54,405 bases of DNA from an uncultured Treponema sp. (GCA_946532115.1 CAMNBC010000001.1:1-54405), one strand, 5' to 3'. Positions 18,521-28,302 are shown, numbered from the stretch's first letter. Numbers and translations: made by a program. Notes: generated by a model from the sequence alone, not told the origin.

Positions 18521-19813
18521 ATGAATAGTTATTCCAAAGAAAGTGTTTCTGATTTATTATTTCAGAAAGTTGATGCAATAATTATTGTTGACTCAAAGAA
18601 TGATGCCTATCACACAATAAAAAAGCAGGGACTTTTTGAACAGCTGATAGATAATGAAGGCACCTATAAAAACCTTATTGAAAAACTTTGGTTTCATCTG
18701 CATGACAAGCCAGATAAAATTACAGATGATTATCATGTGTTTATACCACTCTTTGGAAAATTTAAGGGAAAATACGTTGACCGAATCAATTTAAATTTTC
18801 AAAACAAAATTCATCTTATTCAGGTTTCTATTTACCCTATTGATAAATCTTTTGAAAAATATATTTTTATTCTTGATGAACTAGATAGTCATGAGCACTT
18901 AAGAGAAGTATTAACAGATCGCAAACTTGATACAATACAGAATACATTCCTTTTTTCTATGTATGTCGATTTGATTAAAGATATTTCATACAGCATAAAC
19001 ATCACCGAAATGTCTACAAATCCACAAAACTACGATGTTAAATACTCATCCTGGCGACAGATGATTGTAAATATGATCTGGCCAGATGACCAGAAGCTCT
19101 TCCTTGAACGCACAGATCCTGACTACCTTAAGAAAAATCTCGAACCCGGCCGCGCAACTTCTTTTGATTGCCAGATGAAAAACCTGGAAGGCAAATACAT
19201 CTGGGTAAAGCTGATTTTCAGTCGTGCACATACAACCAATGAAGAAGATTTTAGATTTGTTTTCATGGTACAAAATATTCACGAAAATCATCTTAAGCTT
19301 TTCGATACCCTCAAACGCTACGAAGAGCTTGCTTCAAAAGATCCTCTTACAAACATTTTCAATCATGGCAGAATTGAAACAGAAATTATTAATTCAATCG
19401 ATTCCTACAACACGAATAAAAAGCCCGTTTCTTATATGATGCTTGATATTGATTATTTCAAAAAAGTTAATGATGATTACGGGCATTCCGTTGGAGACTA
19501 TGTTCTTAAACAATTTGTAAAAGTAATAAACACGTTTATTGAACCCTATAATTTTACAATTGGAAGATGGGGTGGCGAAGAATTCGTGTGTGTCTGCTAT
19601 GGAATGAATCTCAAAGAACTTCAGCCAATTGCCGAACAACTAAGACAAAAAATTGAAGATTCACATTTTGAAAAGAAAATAAAAATTACCTGCAGTATCG
19701 GTTTAACAGAATTAAAGAAAGGTGATACTGCACAAGTAATTTTTGACCGCGTAGACCATGCCATGTATGAAGCAAAGACCAGCGGTCGAAATAGAATTAT
19801 CTCAAATAATTAA
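18521..19813 (+). CDS. Diguanylate cyclase with PAS-like sensor region
   Basis: DPLT..FN, DIDYFKKVNDDYGHSVGD, GRWGGEEF, AMYEAK..GRN. Confidence 0.9.
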   Translation: MNSYSKESVSDLLFQKVDAIIIVDSKNDAYHTIKKQGLFEQLIDNEGTYKNLIEKLWFHLHDKPDKITDDYHVFIPLFGKFKGKYVDRINLNFQNKIHLIQVSIYPIDKSFEKYIFILDELDSHEHLREVLTDRKLDTIQNTFLFSMYVDLIKDISYSINITEMSTNPQNYDVKYSSWRQMIVNMIWPDDQKLFLERTDPDYLKKNLEPGRATSFDCQMKNLEGKYIWVKLIFSRAHTTNEEDFRFVFMVQNIHENHLKLFDTLKRYEELASKDPLTNIFNHGRIETEIINSIDSYNTNKKPVSYMMLDIDYFKKVNDDYGHSVGDYVLKQFVKVINTFIEPYNFTIGRWGGEEFVCVCYGMNLKELQPIAEQLRQKIEDSHFEKKIKITCSIGLTELKKGDTAQVIFDRVDHAMYEAKTSGRNRIISNN

Positions 19814-21730
19814 TTACTCTACAGTAACACTCTTTGCAAGGTTTCTTGGCTTATCTGGATTAAAGCCGCGCATAATTGCACAATAATATGCAAACAGCTG
19901 AGCTGGAATTACAGTAAGCAGTGAAGCAAGTGTAGAAGAACACTCTGGAATCTTGAAGACTAAATCAGCCTTACCGTCAAACGCATCGCCCTCATCCTGA
20001 GTAATAACCATAACAGTTGCCCCGCGGCTCTTTACCTCAACCATATTCGAGCCAATCTTATCATAAAGCTTAGGCTCACTGGCAATAGCCACAACCAGAG
20101 TCTGAGGATCTATCAAAGCAATAGGACCATGCTTAAGTTCGCCGGCAGCAAAAGCCTCCGAATGCATGTAACTTACCTCTTTCAATTTCAAAGCACTTTC
20201 CAGAGATGTAGCACTGTCAAACTGGCGTCCAATGTAGAAAATCTTATCCTTATTAAACTGCTGAGAAGCAAACTTCTGAATAATGTCTTTACCATCTAGA
20301 ATCTGCTGAATCTTTGCAGGAATACCTTCCAGCTCGCTCAAGAGCTTTGTTGCCTCTTCATCACTCAAAGTGCCGCGCAATTTACCAGCTTTAATTGCAA
20401 GCAGGAACATACACAAAACCTGAGTTGTATAAGCCTTAGTAGAAGCAACCGCAATTTCCGGACCAGCAAGAGTATAAATTACATCATCAGCCTCGCGGCT
20501 TACAGTCGAACCAACACAGTTAGTAATTGCAACAACCTTAAGTCCCTGAGCCTTAGCAAGACGCAAAGCACTCAAAGTATCAGCCGTTTCACCAGACTGA
20601 GAAACAACCATAAAAATATCACTCTTATCAAGAATAGGGTCACGATAGCGGAACTCAGAAGCAACGTCCACGTCAACCTTCATACGTGCAATTTTTTCAA
20701 AAGCATATTTTGCAACAACACCAGCATGGTAGGCAGTACCGCAGGCAGTAATTACAACACGACTTGCCTTTTTCCAGGCATCATCCATTTTATTTTCTTC
20801 AAAATAAACATCAGTAGGCTTACCAGAACCATCTTTCACAATGCGAGGTCTCATAGTATCAGTAAGACCCTTAGGCTGCTCGTGAATTTCCTTAATCATA
20901 AAGTGCTCATAGCCACCCTTTTCTGCCGCATCAATATCCCATTCAACATGACTAGGCTGCTTAATGATTTTTTCACCTTCAAAATTGAAAAGATCAACAT
21001 GGTCAGTATACAAAACAGCAAGCTCACGCTCACCAAGATAGTAAACATCACGAGTGTGCTCCAGAATAGCAGGAACATCAGAAGCTATAAAATTTTCACC
21101 CTTGCCAAGACCAACAATAAGAGGACTTTCCTTACGTGCAGCAATAATTCTGTCAGGATAATTTTTGCATACAACACCAAGAGCGTAAGAACCTTCAAGC
21201 ATATGCAAAGTTTCAATTACAGCCTTAAAAATATCACCAGTTGCCTTATATTTCTGATCAAGAAGATGAACAACAACTTCAGTATCAGTCTGAGACTTAA
21301 ATACAACACCCTGAGCCTGGAGTTTAGCCTTCAAATCAGCATAGTTTTCAATAATACCATTATGAACAATTGAAATTGTGCCATCCATATTTGTATGAGG
21401 ATGACTGTTTGTGTCACTTGGTTCGCCATGAGTAGCCCAGCGTGTGTGACCTATTCCTAAAGTTCCCTTTACAAATTCATCAGTTTTGAGTGCAAGTTTA
21501 TTTTCATAATCAGAATATTCATTACCCTTCAAACCTTCAGGAATTACTTCTCCGGTGATTCTTTCAGAAAGATTTTTCAAAGCACCTTTTACTTTTTTTA
21601 CAACAATTTCATCACCAGTATAAACTGCAATACCTGCAGAATCATAACCACGGTATTCCAGTTTTTTTAAAGCCCTGATTAAAACAGATGTAGCATTTTT
21701 ATTTCCAACGTAGCCGACAATGCCGCACAT
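19814..21730 (-). CDS. glmS: Glutamine--fructose-6-phosphate transaminase
   Basis: MCGIVG, LEYRGYDSAG, GHTRWATHG, SQSGETAD, KPRNLAKSVTVE. Confidence 0.98.
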   Translation of the reverse strand: MCGIVGYVGNKNATSVLIRALKKLEYRGYDSAGIAVYTGDEIVVKKVKGALKNLSERITGEVIPEGLKGNEYSDYENKLALKTDEFVKGTLGIGHTRWATHGEPSDTNSHPHTNMDGTISIVHNGIIENYADLKAKLQAQGVVFKSQTDTEVVVHLLDQKYKATGDIFKAVIETLHMLEGSYALGVVCKNYPDRIIAARKESPLIVGLGKGENFIASDVPAILEHTRDVYYLGERELAVLYTDHVDLFNFEGEKIIKQPSHVEWDIDAAEKGGYEHFMIKEIHEQPKGLTDTMRPRIVKDGSGKPTDVYFEENKMDDAWKKASRVVITACGTAYHAGVVAKYAFEKIARMKVDVDVASEFRYRDPILDKSDIFMVVSQSGETADTLSALRLAKAQGLKVVAITNCVGSTVSREADDVIYTLAGPEIAVASTKAYTTQVLCMFLLAIKAGKLRGTLSDEEATKLLSELEGIPAKIQQILDGKDIIQKFASQQFNKDKIFYIGRQFDSATSLESALKLKEVSYMHSEAFAAGELKHGPIALIDPQTLVVAIASEPKLYDKIGSNMVEVKSRGATVMVITQDEGDAFDGKADLVFKIPECSSTLASLLTVIPAQLFAYYCAIMRGFNPDKPRNLAKSVTVE

Positions 21731-21807
21731 ATAAAACTCCTGTATATTAAATTCATATTATTTTAACGGAATTATCAGTTTTCCGCAATCAGACCATTTT
21801 CACACAA

Positions 21808-23292
21808 TTACTTGCCCACACAGAAGTTTGCAAAAATACTTCCAAGCACGTCATCTGGAGTTACGTCTCCTGTTACTTCACCAAGAGAGTCGAGGGCATC
21901 TTCCAGATCCTGCACAACCGCATCAAGAGTGTAATTATCATCAGCAGAAACAAGTGCGTGTCTTACACTCTCAAGCGCTGCCGCTACCGCATCTTTCTGA
22001 CGTGCAGAACCAAGACCAGCCTGTGAACGTTCCGTAGCCGCACCCGCAATGCCAGCAGTTAGTATAGTGTAAATTTGTTTAAAGAGCTCTGCCATGCCTT
22101 CGCCGGTTTTAGAAGATATCTTGCATACAGAGGGGGAAGTCTCCCCCTGCGCTCGCACTTCGTTGCTCGCTACCCCTTCGCCTAGGGGCGCTGCCCCTAA
22201 AACCCCGGCTTTATCACTCTTCGTAAAAACCACAATCAGCGGCACTTCGCACTTTTCAATAAACTCACGATCCTCGTAATTCAAGCCCTGAGTACCATCA
22301 ACAAGGTACAGAACAACATCCGCATCGTGCACAAGACTACGGCTTATTTCTACGCCCTGAGCCTCAATAACATCACTTGTCTGGCGCAACCCGGCCGTAT
22401 CAAACAACCGCACCGGAATGCCATTAATGCTCGCCCAGCTTTCCAGCCAGTCGCGCGTAGTTCCCTCAATGTCGCTTACAATTGCGCGCTCTTCCTTCAA
22501 AATGGCGTTAAATAAAGAAGACTTACCCGCGTTCGTGCGCCCCGCTAAAACAACCCGTGCCCCGTCCTGATACAATTTTTCGCCGCGCCACGACTCAACC
22601 AGTGCCTCAAGTCTTTCCGCCGCAGCTTCAATATCTTCACGGTCAAAAGAATCTGCAATAGTTTCCTCGTCTTCTGGGTATTCAATTTCAACTTCGATAG
22701 CGGCGAGCGTATCAATGATTAATTTTTTAATGGAATCAATCTCTTTAAAAAGAGAACCTGCGAGTCTTCCCGCTGCATGAGAACGCGAAACATCAGTGTG
22801 TGAATCAATTATTTCTTTTACAGCTTCCGCTCGTGTAAGGTCAGTTTTTCCGTTAATAAATGCGCGGAAAGTATATTCGCCGCGGTTTGCCTGGCGGAAG
22901 CCGTTTTTAAGCATAAGTTTTTGAATTGCCATTACAACAGCAGGACCACCGTGACAGAAAATCTCAACCATATCTTCACCGGTAAAACTTTTTGGAGCAC
23001 GATAAACAGCAAGCATAACCTCGTCTATTTTCGCCTCACTCGTCATCCCGAACTCGTTTCGGGATCTATTAGAAGATGCTGAAACAAGTTCAGCATGACA
23101 GTTTTCTTGTATCCATCCATAAACCAGAGTATTTCCTGCCGCTTCAAGCAAAGCCTTTGGTCTGGAAAAAACTTTGCTAACAAGTTCAATACAGTCCTTG
23201 CCTGAAACTCTTACAATTCCAAGTGCTGCAGGTGCCAGGGCTGTTGCGATAGATGAGATTGGTTCTTCCGGTGTGTACTGGTTAGGAGTCAT
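21808..23292 (-). CDS. mnmE: tRNA modification GTPase MnmE (TrmE), carrying two in-frame palindrome insertions
   Basis: IATA, SFTGEDMVEIFCHGG, GRTNAGKSSL, GTTRD, DTAGLR, C-terminal FCVGK. Confidence 0.97.
   Translation of the reverse strand: MTPNQYTPEEPISSIATALAPAALGIVRVSGKDCIELVSKVFSRPKALLEAAGNTLVYGWIQENCHAELVSASSNRSRNEFGMTSEAKIDEVMLAVYRAPKSFTGEDMVEIFCHGGPAVVMAIQKLMLKNGFRQANRGEYTFRAFINGKTDLTRAEAVKEIIDSHTDVSRSHAAGRLAGSLFKEIDSIKKLIIDTLAAIEVEIEYPEDEETIADSFDREDIEAAAERLEALVESWRGEKLYQDGARVVLAGRTNAGKSSLFNAILKEERAIVSDIEGTTRDWLESWASINGIPVRLFDTAGLRQTSDVIEAQGVEISRSLVHDADVVLYLVDGTQGLNYEDREFIEKCEVPLIVVFTKSDKAGVLGAAPLGEGVASNEVRAQGETSPSVCKISSKTGEGMAELFKQIYTILTAGIAGAATERSQAGLGSARQKDAVAAALESVRHALVSADDNYTLDAVVQDLEDALDSLGEVTGDVTPDDVLGSIFANFCVGK
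22130..22210. repeat. Palindromic repeat family A, in-frame copy within mnmE (81 bp)
   Basis: Homologous to 10172-10256; encodes AGVLGAAPLGEGVASNEVRAQGETSPS between the G4 (TKSD) and G5 (ISSK) motifs. Confidence 0.85.
23041..23100. repeat. Inverted doublet of CGTC-type REP hairpins, in frame within mnmE (60 bp)
   Basis: GTCATCCCGAACTCGTTTCGGGATCT-attaga-AGATGCTGAAACAAGTTCAGCATGAC; encodes CHAELVSASSNRSRNEFGMT. Confidence 0.85.
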
Positions 23293-23304
23293 AAAATCAC
23301 CTTG

Positions 23305-25644
23305 TTATGGCATTACCTTTAAGAACGGACGGAATACTGTTGTATTTTCCTCACGATACGGCGAAAGAATACTATCCAATACAGAAACATCCGAATCTAT
23401 GTAAAGGGGCTTCATTGTATCACCAATTGCAGGTTTACGGAATTCCCTGCTGGCTTCTGCAGTTGTTCCTATAAAGTTTTCTGTCTCAGTTATATCCGGT
23501 GGAGTAGTTCCGTATTCACCAGAATTATTCCAGCACATATAACCACGATCCAGGGAATCACGAACTCCAAAGAACTGTTTTTTTATATAATCTGAATCAT
23601 AATAAAGTCTGTCATAGCTGACATTCAAATAAAATGACTGCACCCAAGGTCGAATAATTGCCCTGTTACGGCACAAAACAGTATTTCTAAATGAACCGTA
23701 ATAATAAATACGATATGTACGGTCTGCAACAGGTGCATAATTCAGGAAGGTCTGCTCAAAATGACTTGGATAGAACATAGGACCTATTACGTCAACATAT
23801 TCAGCAAGCATTTCTGCATCCTGTCCGGTTCTTGTTCCGCTTCTGTACCAGCCGTTCGCACCGTAAATATCAATTCCAATAGGTGCATTAATATTTTCAC
23901 GGGCATATTTCAAGAACGAAATCAATGCTGATTCCTTGTCCATTCCCTTATTCTGCCAGCGATATTGCGCGTTATAAAGATTTAATCCATCTGTAGGAAA
24001 TCTAATATAGTCAAATTGAATTTCATCAAAACCACGGGCAACCAGTTCCTTTGCTATTGCTACGTTATATTCCCAAACCTCTTCTGAATATGGATCTACC
24101 CACTGTTCATCATAATAGCTTGTTTCCTTGCTGCCGGTTGGCTCCCCGTTTTCATCAACGACTTCTTCATAGCCTTTTATTCCCAGCCATGGCTTATTTA
24201 ATTTTTTATCCCAGACTGCATATTTTCCATTTTTATATTTAGAAAGCGAACGATCCTTAAATGTTACAATTCGTGCAACAAGATAAATATTTTCCTTCTT
24301 AAATTCTTCAATGAATTTATTTAAGTCTTTAATTGCATAACCCGATGTAGAACACTTTTCTAATACCAGCGGGTCGTGTGAATCATAACGCAAAAATCCG
24401 TAATCATCCTTCATATCAATTACAATAGAATTCATATTTCGGTCTTTGACAATCTTTTTGAATTTAGCAACACCTTCCGGGAAACTGCACTGATATGCGG
24501 AAGCATAAATACTTTTACGGCCGTTTGCTATTTCTGCATACGGAGAATTCACAGTTCCCGGATAAAGTAGCCAGAGTTCATTCAACTGCAATCCACGTGC
24601 AAAACCGCTTCTAGATTGTGGAATCCATGCGGTATTTATCATTCCAGGAACAGCACTAAATGCTTCATGCCAGTCTCTTTCCTGACTCGGAGTTCCAGGA
24701 CTCTGCAGAGTATCCAGATCTATTGCTCCAAAACCTTCAAGCTTCGTATAAAGCAGCACATTATCAATTGTTGTAAGTCCATCTGTAACATCAGTTGGTT
24801 CAGAACCAGTAAATATCAGTTCTGCAAGTTTTTCCTGCCAGTTTAAACGGTAAATTCGTGGAATATATGTCTGTGAAATATAAATTTCAGAATATACAGA
24901 GCCATCTGCATTTGTTCTTACAACCGGCAGAATATCTGCAATTTCATCTGGAGAAGTAAGTGATGGCATCTTTTCAAACCCTGCATCTATATCATTCCAG
25001 ACAGGTTTAGGCTCATCAGGAAGAATATAAGAAAGTCCGAATATAGGATGTGCCATGAATACAACAGTCTGATCTTCAATTGTTGCAACGGCTACCGCTT
25101 TTACACCCGGTGAATTCTTACTCATAGAACTTAAATTCTGCCAGCTTAGCCCACCATCGCGGCTAAAGAAAACACTGTCTTTTGTTGCCGTAACAACTTC
25201 ACTGTTATTAAGAGGATTTACACAAAGGTCTTTTAATTCCTGAATCTGAAGTTCAAGAGTTGTTTCACCAGCAGCATATTTTTTGATTGTTAAAAATGGA
25301 AGACCTTCATCTCGTTCTTCAAAATTTTTAAGGTCATTACTATAAAAAATTCCCTTTTGTGTTCTCATAAGCCAGGCAGGTCTTGTAACACCACTTGAAT
25401 CTGGCAGAGCAACACGCAATAACTGATCTACACGGCTTTCTGTCCATACAGGAATTGCAGAATTTCTGTTAGTAACTCTAAACAATCCGTCATCTGAACC
25501 AACTAAAAATATTTCATGCTCAGATTCACCTGCCTGTGCATTTACAGGATTTTTTTCAGGGAGACGGTACAGCGGTTTTACTTCATCTGCAAAAGTAAGT
25601 GCCGTTAAAAAAACAAAGAGAGTACAAAAAAGTGATTTTTTCAT
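23305..25644 (-). CDS. Exported putative glycoside hydrolase (DUF4015-like TIM barrel) with N-terminal beta-propeller-like region
   Basis: Signal peptide; Asp-box FSRDGGLSW; IDMKDDYG, ARIVTFKD, WVDPY, GFDEIQFDYIRFP. Confidence 0.75.
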   Translation of the reverse strand: MKKSLFCTLFVFLTALTFADEVKPLYRLPEKNPVNAQAGESEHEIFLVGSDDGLFRVTNRNSAIPVWTESRVDQLLRVALPDSSGVTRPAWLMRTQKGIFYSNDLKNFEERDEGLPFLTIKKYAAGETTLELQIQELKDLCVNPLNNSEVVTATKDSVFFSRDGGLSWQNLSSMSKNSPGVKAVAVATIEDQTVVFMAHPIFGLSYILPDEPKPVWNDIDAGFEKMPSLTSPDEIADILPVVRTNADGSVYSEIYISQTYIPRIYRLNWQEKLAELIFTGSEPTDVTDGLTTIDNVLLYTKLEGFGAIDLDTLQSPGTPSQERDWHEAFSAVPGMINTAWIPQSRSGFARGLQLNELWLLYPGTVNSPYAEIANGRKSIYASAYQCSFPEGVAKFKKIVKDRNMNSIVIDMKDDYGFLRYDSHDPLVLEKCSTSGYAIKDLNKFIEEFKKENIYLVARIVTFKDRSLSKYKNGKYAVWDKKLNKPWLGIKGYEEVVDENGEPTGSKETSYYDEQWVDPYSEEVWEYNVAIAKELVARGFDEIQFDYIRFPTDGLNLYNAQYRWQNKGMDKESALISFLKYARENINAPIGIDIYGANGWYRSGTRTGQDAEMLAEYVDVIGPMFYPSHFEQTFLNYAPVADRTYRIYYYGSFRNTVLCRNRAIIRPWVQSFYLNVSYDRLYYDSDYIKKQFFGVRDSLDRGYMCWNNSGEYGTTPPDITETENFIGTTAEASREFRKPAIGDTMKPLYIDSDVSVLDSILSPYREENTTVFRPFLKVMP

Positions 25645-25651
25645 ACTCTCT

Positions 25652-25679
25652 TTATCGGCATTTATTATGCAAATATTTA
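25652..25679 (-). promoter_or_regulatory. Sigma28-like promoter, leaderless geometry
   Basis: Minus strand TAAA-N16-GCCGATAA-N7-ATG. Confidence 0.6.
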
Positions 25680-25687
25680 ATAATGGA

Positions 25688-27175
25688 TTAAACTATCTTA
25701 TCAAGTGCAGCTACAACTTCTGTATCATAAATTCCCGGCTGCTGTTTAAGAGCTTCAAGTGCACTTTCTTTATCCATTGCACCACGGTAGCTTCGCTTAC
25801 TTGAAAGTGAAACATAACTTTCTGCTACACGAATAAGGCGGGCAATCTGAGGAATTTCATCTCCCTTTAAGCCATGAGGATATCCTGTACCGTCTATATT
25901 TTCATGATGCTTCATAGCCGCATCCTCAAATACACTCCAATATTTCTTTGGTACAAATTCAAGGTGCTTTTCTGCAAGATTAACGTGTTCCTTCATAGCC
26001 TGCTTTTCTTCTTCGGTAAGCTGAGTTGCAAGAAGAAGATCTGGATCGATTGCAAGGAATCCTGCATCATAAATCATGGCAGCACAGAAGTTGAGCATAG
26101 CCATTCCCTGTGGTAAACCAAGCTGTACAGAAAGCTTATATACAAGTTCAGATACATTCTTTGAGTTATTCTTACGGCCAGTTACATTATCAATCTGCTG
26201 ACCAATCTCTTCACATTTTACTGCAAGCTGTTTAAGTTCTTCTTCATCCTCTTCAGAAAAAGTTACATCTGGAAGCGCAGCGGCTGGTGCCCAGGTAGAA
26301 GAGCCTGCAATTCTGAGAGAAGGATTTCCACTGTAAAGATCTGTAATTCCACCAAGCATAAGGCGGTTTGTCTGGTTCTGATTTGCAGCAAGCATTTTAA
26401 ATGCCTGAACATACTGTTCCTGCTGAATCTGAGAAGCTTTAGCTGCCTTGCGCACTATTATCATAATCAGAATTACAATAAATACTATAAGAATAGCAAT
26501 ACCAATAATAGAGAAGGCAATTACGCGGGTAGAACGCTTCTGTTCCTTTGCATTTTCACTGAATGAAGTACCAAGATTTTCAAAGGCTTCCTTCATCTCT
26601 TTATTATTCTGCTTCTGAGCTTCAGCCTGTTCCTTAATTGCAGCGGCAGATTCCTTATTTGCCTGAGCCTGTTCTTTCATTGCTTCGGCCTGTTCTTTTA
26701 TTGCCTTAGACTGAGCCTCCATAGACTCCTGCTGGGCTTCAAAACGCTCCTGTTCAGCCTTACGCTGAGCAGCAGTTTCTGCTTTTTGTGCAGCTTTCTC
26801 TTTATTAGCCTGATCCTGTTCAATCTGCTTTACAAGTTTTTTGATTGAAGTACTTTCAACATTAGGATACTTTTCAAGATTCATCTTAATGTCTATAAGT
26901 GCCATATCATCATACTTCTGCTGAATCTTCTGTAACTTTACCTTGTAAACAGTCTGTGCAAAAATAAGAACATTAGCCTGTGAATCCTCATCCTTTGCTA
27001 CAGCAAGAGCCTGATTCACGTACTTATAAGCATCTTCAATATTATCTTCTTCGAATGCTTCGTTTGCCTTATCCAAAAAGCGTATAGCCAAGTCTGTAGT
27101 TGCTGCAAAAACCTGAGTAGTAAAGAAGACCACTAACAATGTAATAACAAATCTCTTAAGCTTATCTAATAACAT
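25688..27175 (-). CDS. Inner-membrane protein: exported helical/coiled-coil region, one TM, cytoplasmic degenerate HD-GYP domain
   Basis: Signal peptide ..TQVFA; A/E/K/Q-rich coiled coil; TM VIAFSIIGIAILIVFIVILIMIIV; HHENIDGTGYP and RSYR kept but HD reads YD; GGAG RBS favours ATG 27175. Confidence 0.8.
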   Translation of the reverse strand: MLLDKLKRFVITLLVVFFTTQVFAATTDLAIRFLDKANEAFEEDNIEDAYKYVNQALAVAKDEDSQANVLIFAQTVYKVKLQKIQQKYDDMALIDIKMNLEKYPNVESTSIKKLVKQIEQDQANKEKAAQKAETAAQRKAEQERFEAQQESMEAQSKAIKEQAEAMKEQAQANKESAAAIKEQAEAQKQNNKEMKEAFENLGTSFSENAKEQKRSTRVIAFSIIGIAILIVFIVILIMIIVRKAAKASQIQQEQYVQAFKMLAANQNQTNRLMLGGITDLYSGNPSLRIAGSSTWAPAAALPDVTFSEEDEEELKQLAVKCEEIGQQIDNVTGRKNNSKNVSELVYKLSVQLGLPQGMAMLNFCAAMIYDAGFLAIDPDLLLATQLTEEEKQAMKEHVNLAEKHLEFVPKKYWSVFEDAAMKHHENIDGTGYPHGLKGDEIPQIARLIRVAESYVSLSSKRSYRGAMDKESALEALKQQPGIYDTEVVAALDKIV

Positions 27176-28286
27176 TTTCCACTCCAATAGCCATAATTAC
27201 GCTTGCTCTATTTTCAAGTCCTTCATTCTTCAGGAAGAACTTATCCCTAACTCCTATATTGAAGTTCAACTTTACTTTTTCCAATTCTGCAAACGGAATT
27301 TCTAGGTTCATAGAAGCCGCTGCTGCTACTTTTACGTCTTTTTCAAATAGATGACCGGCAAGCCAGTCAACGCCTAAATCAAGTTTTACATTGCCAAGAG
27401 GCAGCCGCTCCATTTTCAGACCAATTGTTGGAGAATACATAGTACCAACAACTCCCTCTGTATTTTGAGCAGTTTTAGATTTTCCAGCAATCAGAGTATC
27501 AAAACCAATTCTAAAGAACAGCTTATTTGAAATCTGTGGAATTGATGCCTTTAATGCAAGATCAATATCTCCGATTAAAGGAACAAGTTTTTCTTCATCT
27601 GCAAAACCCAAAAACTGGAATCCCGCAAAAACGTCTGTTCCTATAACCATTTTATTTTCCATTGTATATTCGTATCTAAAATCTAAAGATACACCATAAT
27701 GGATTGAACTTATATCCCCCTGCTTATCATAAAGATGAAGCAAATCTATCATTCCAAGTGCAGCTTTCCAGTTATAGCTTGTAAGTTTTGTTTCCTTACC
27801 AGTAACATAAACTGCACCAGAAGAAGTCATAGTTGCAGGAACATATTCTTTTTCTACATTTCCGCGCTGCTTCTCTTTTTCCATTTCAATTCTGGCAAGC
27901 TCAAGCTGTCGCTGATGTTCAAGTTCAGCCTCGTGCTTACGCTGAATTTCATATGCATCCGAAATTACCGAATACATTTCTACAGCTTCCTCATTATCAA
28001 GATTATTCTCAATAAGAGCAAGAGTAGCATCCATCGCAAAACTGTAATCATTATTTACAATAAGACGACGGATTCTTTTCTGTGTATAATTCTCAATTAA
28101 ATAATAATACTTATCTTTTGTATTTTTTGAAAGTACATCATTCAATTTTGCTTCATCTTTAGAAGTAAAACAAGCGTCTATCTGTTTATATATTTCATTT
28201 ACATACTCCTCCAGAGCAAAAACTTTGCCGGAAAAGATAGTAAGAAGAAGTATCACTGATAGAACTTTCAGTTTTCTATAAGACAT
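27162..28286 (-). CDS. Exported protein with helical N-domain, coiled coil and C-terminal beta-barrel-like domain
   Basis: AAAGGAG RBS before ATG 28286; signal peptide ..GKVFA; amphipathic strands such as YGVSLDFRYEY, VKLDLGVDW, LNFNIGVRD. Confidence 0.6.
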   Translation of the reverse strand: MSYRKLKVLSVILLLTIFSGKVFALEEYVNEIYKQIDACFTSKDEAKLNDVLSKNTKDKYYYLIENYTQKRIRRLIVNNDYSFAMDATLALIENNLDNEEAVEMYSVISDAYEIQRKHEAELEHQRQLELARIEMEKEKQRGNVEKEYVPATMTSSGAVYVTGKETKLTSYNWKAALGMIDLLHLYDKQGDISSIHYGVSLDFRYEYTMENKMVIGTDVFAGFQFLGFADEEKLVPLIGDIDLALKASIPQISNKLFFRIGFDTLIAGKSKTAQNTEGVVGTMYSPTIGLKMERLPLGNVKLDLGVDWLAGHLFEKDVKVAAAASMNLEIPFAELEKVKLNFNIGVRDKFFLKNEGLENRASVIMAIGVENVIR

Positions 28287-28302
28287 CTGAACTCCTTTAC
28301 GC

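Noticed and set aside
21731-21807. glmS ribozyme
   Set aside because: The 77-bp AT-rich spacer is too short and lacks the conserved core
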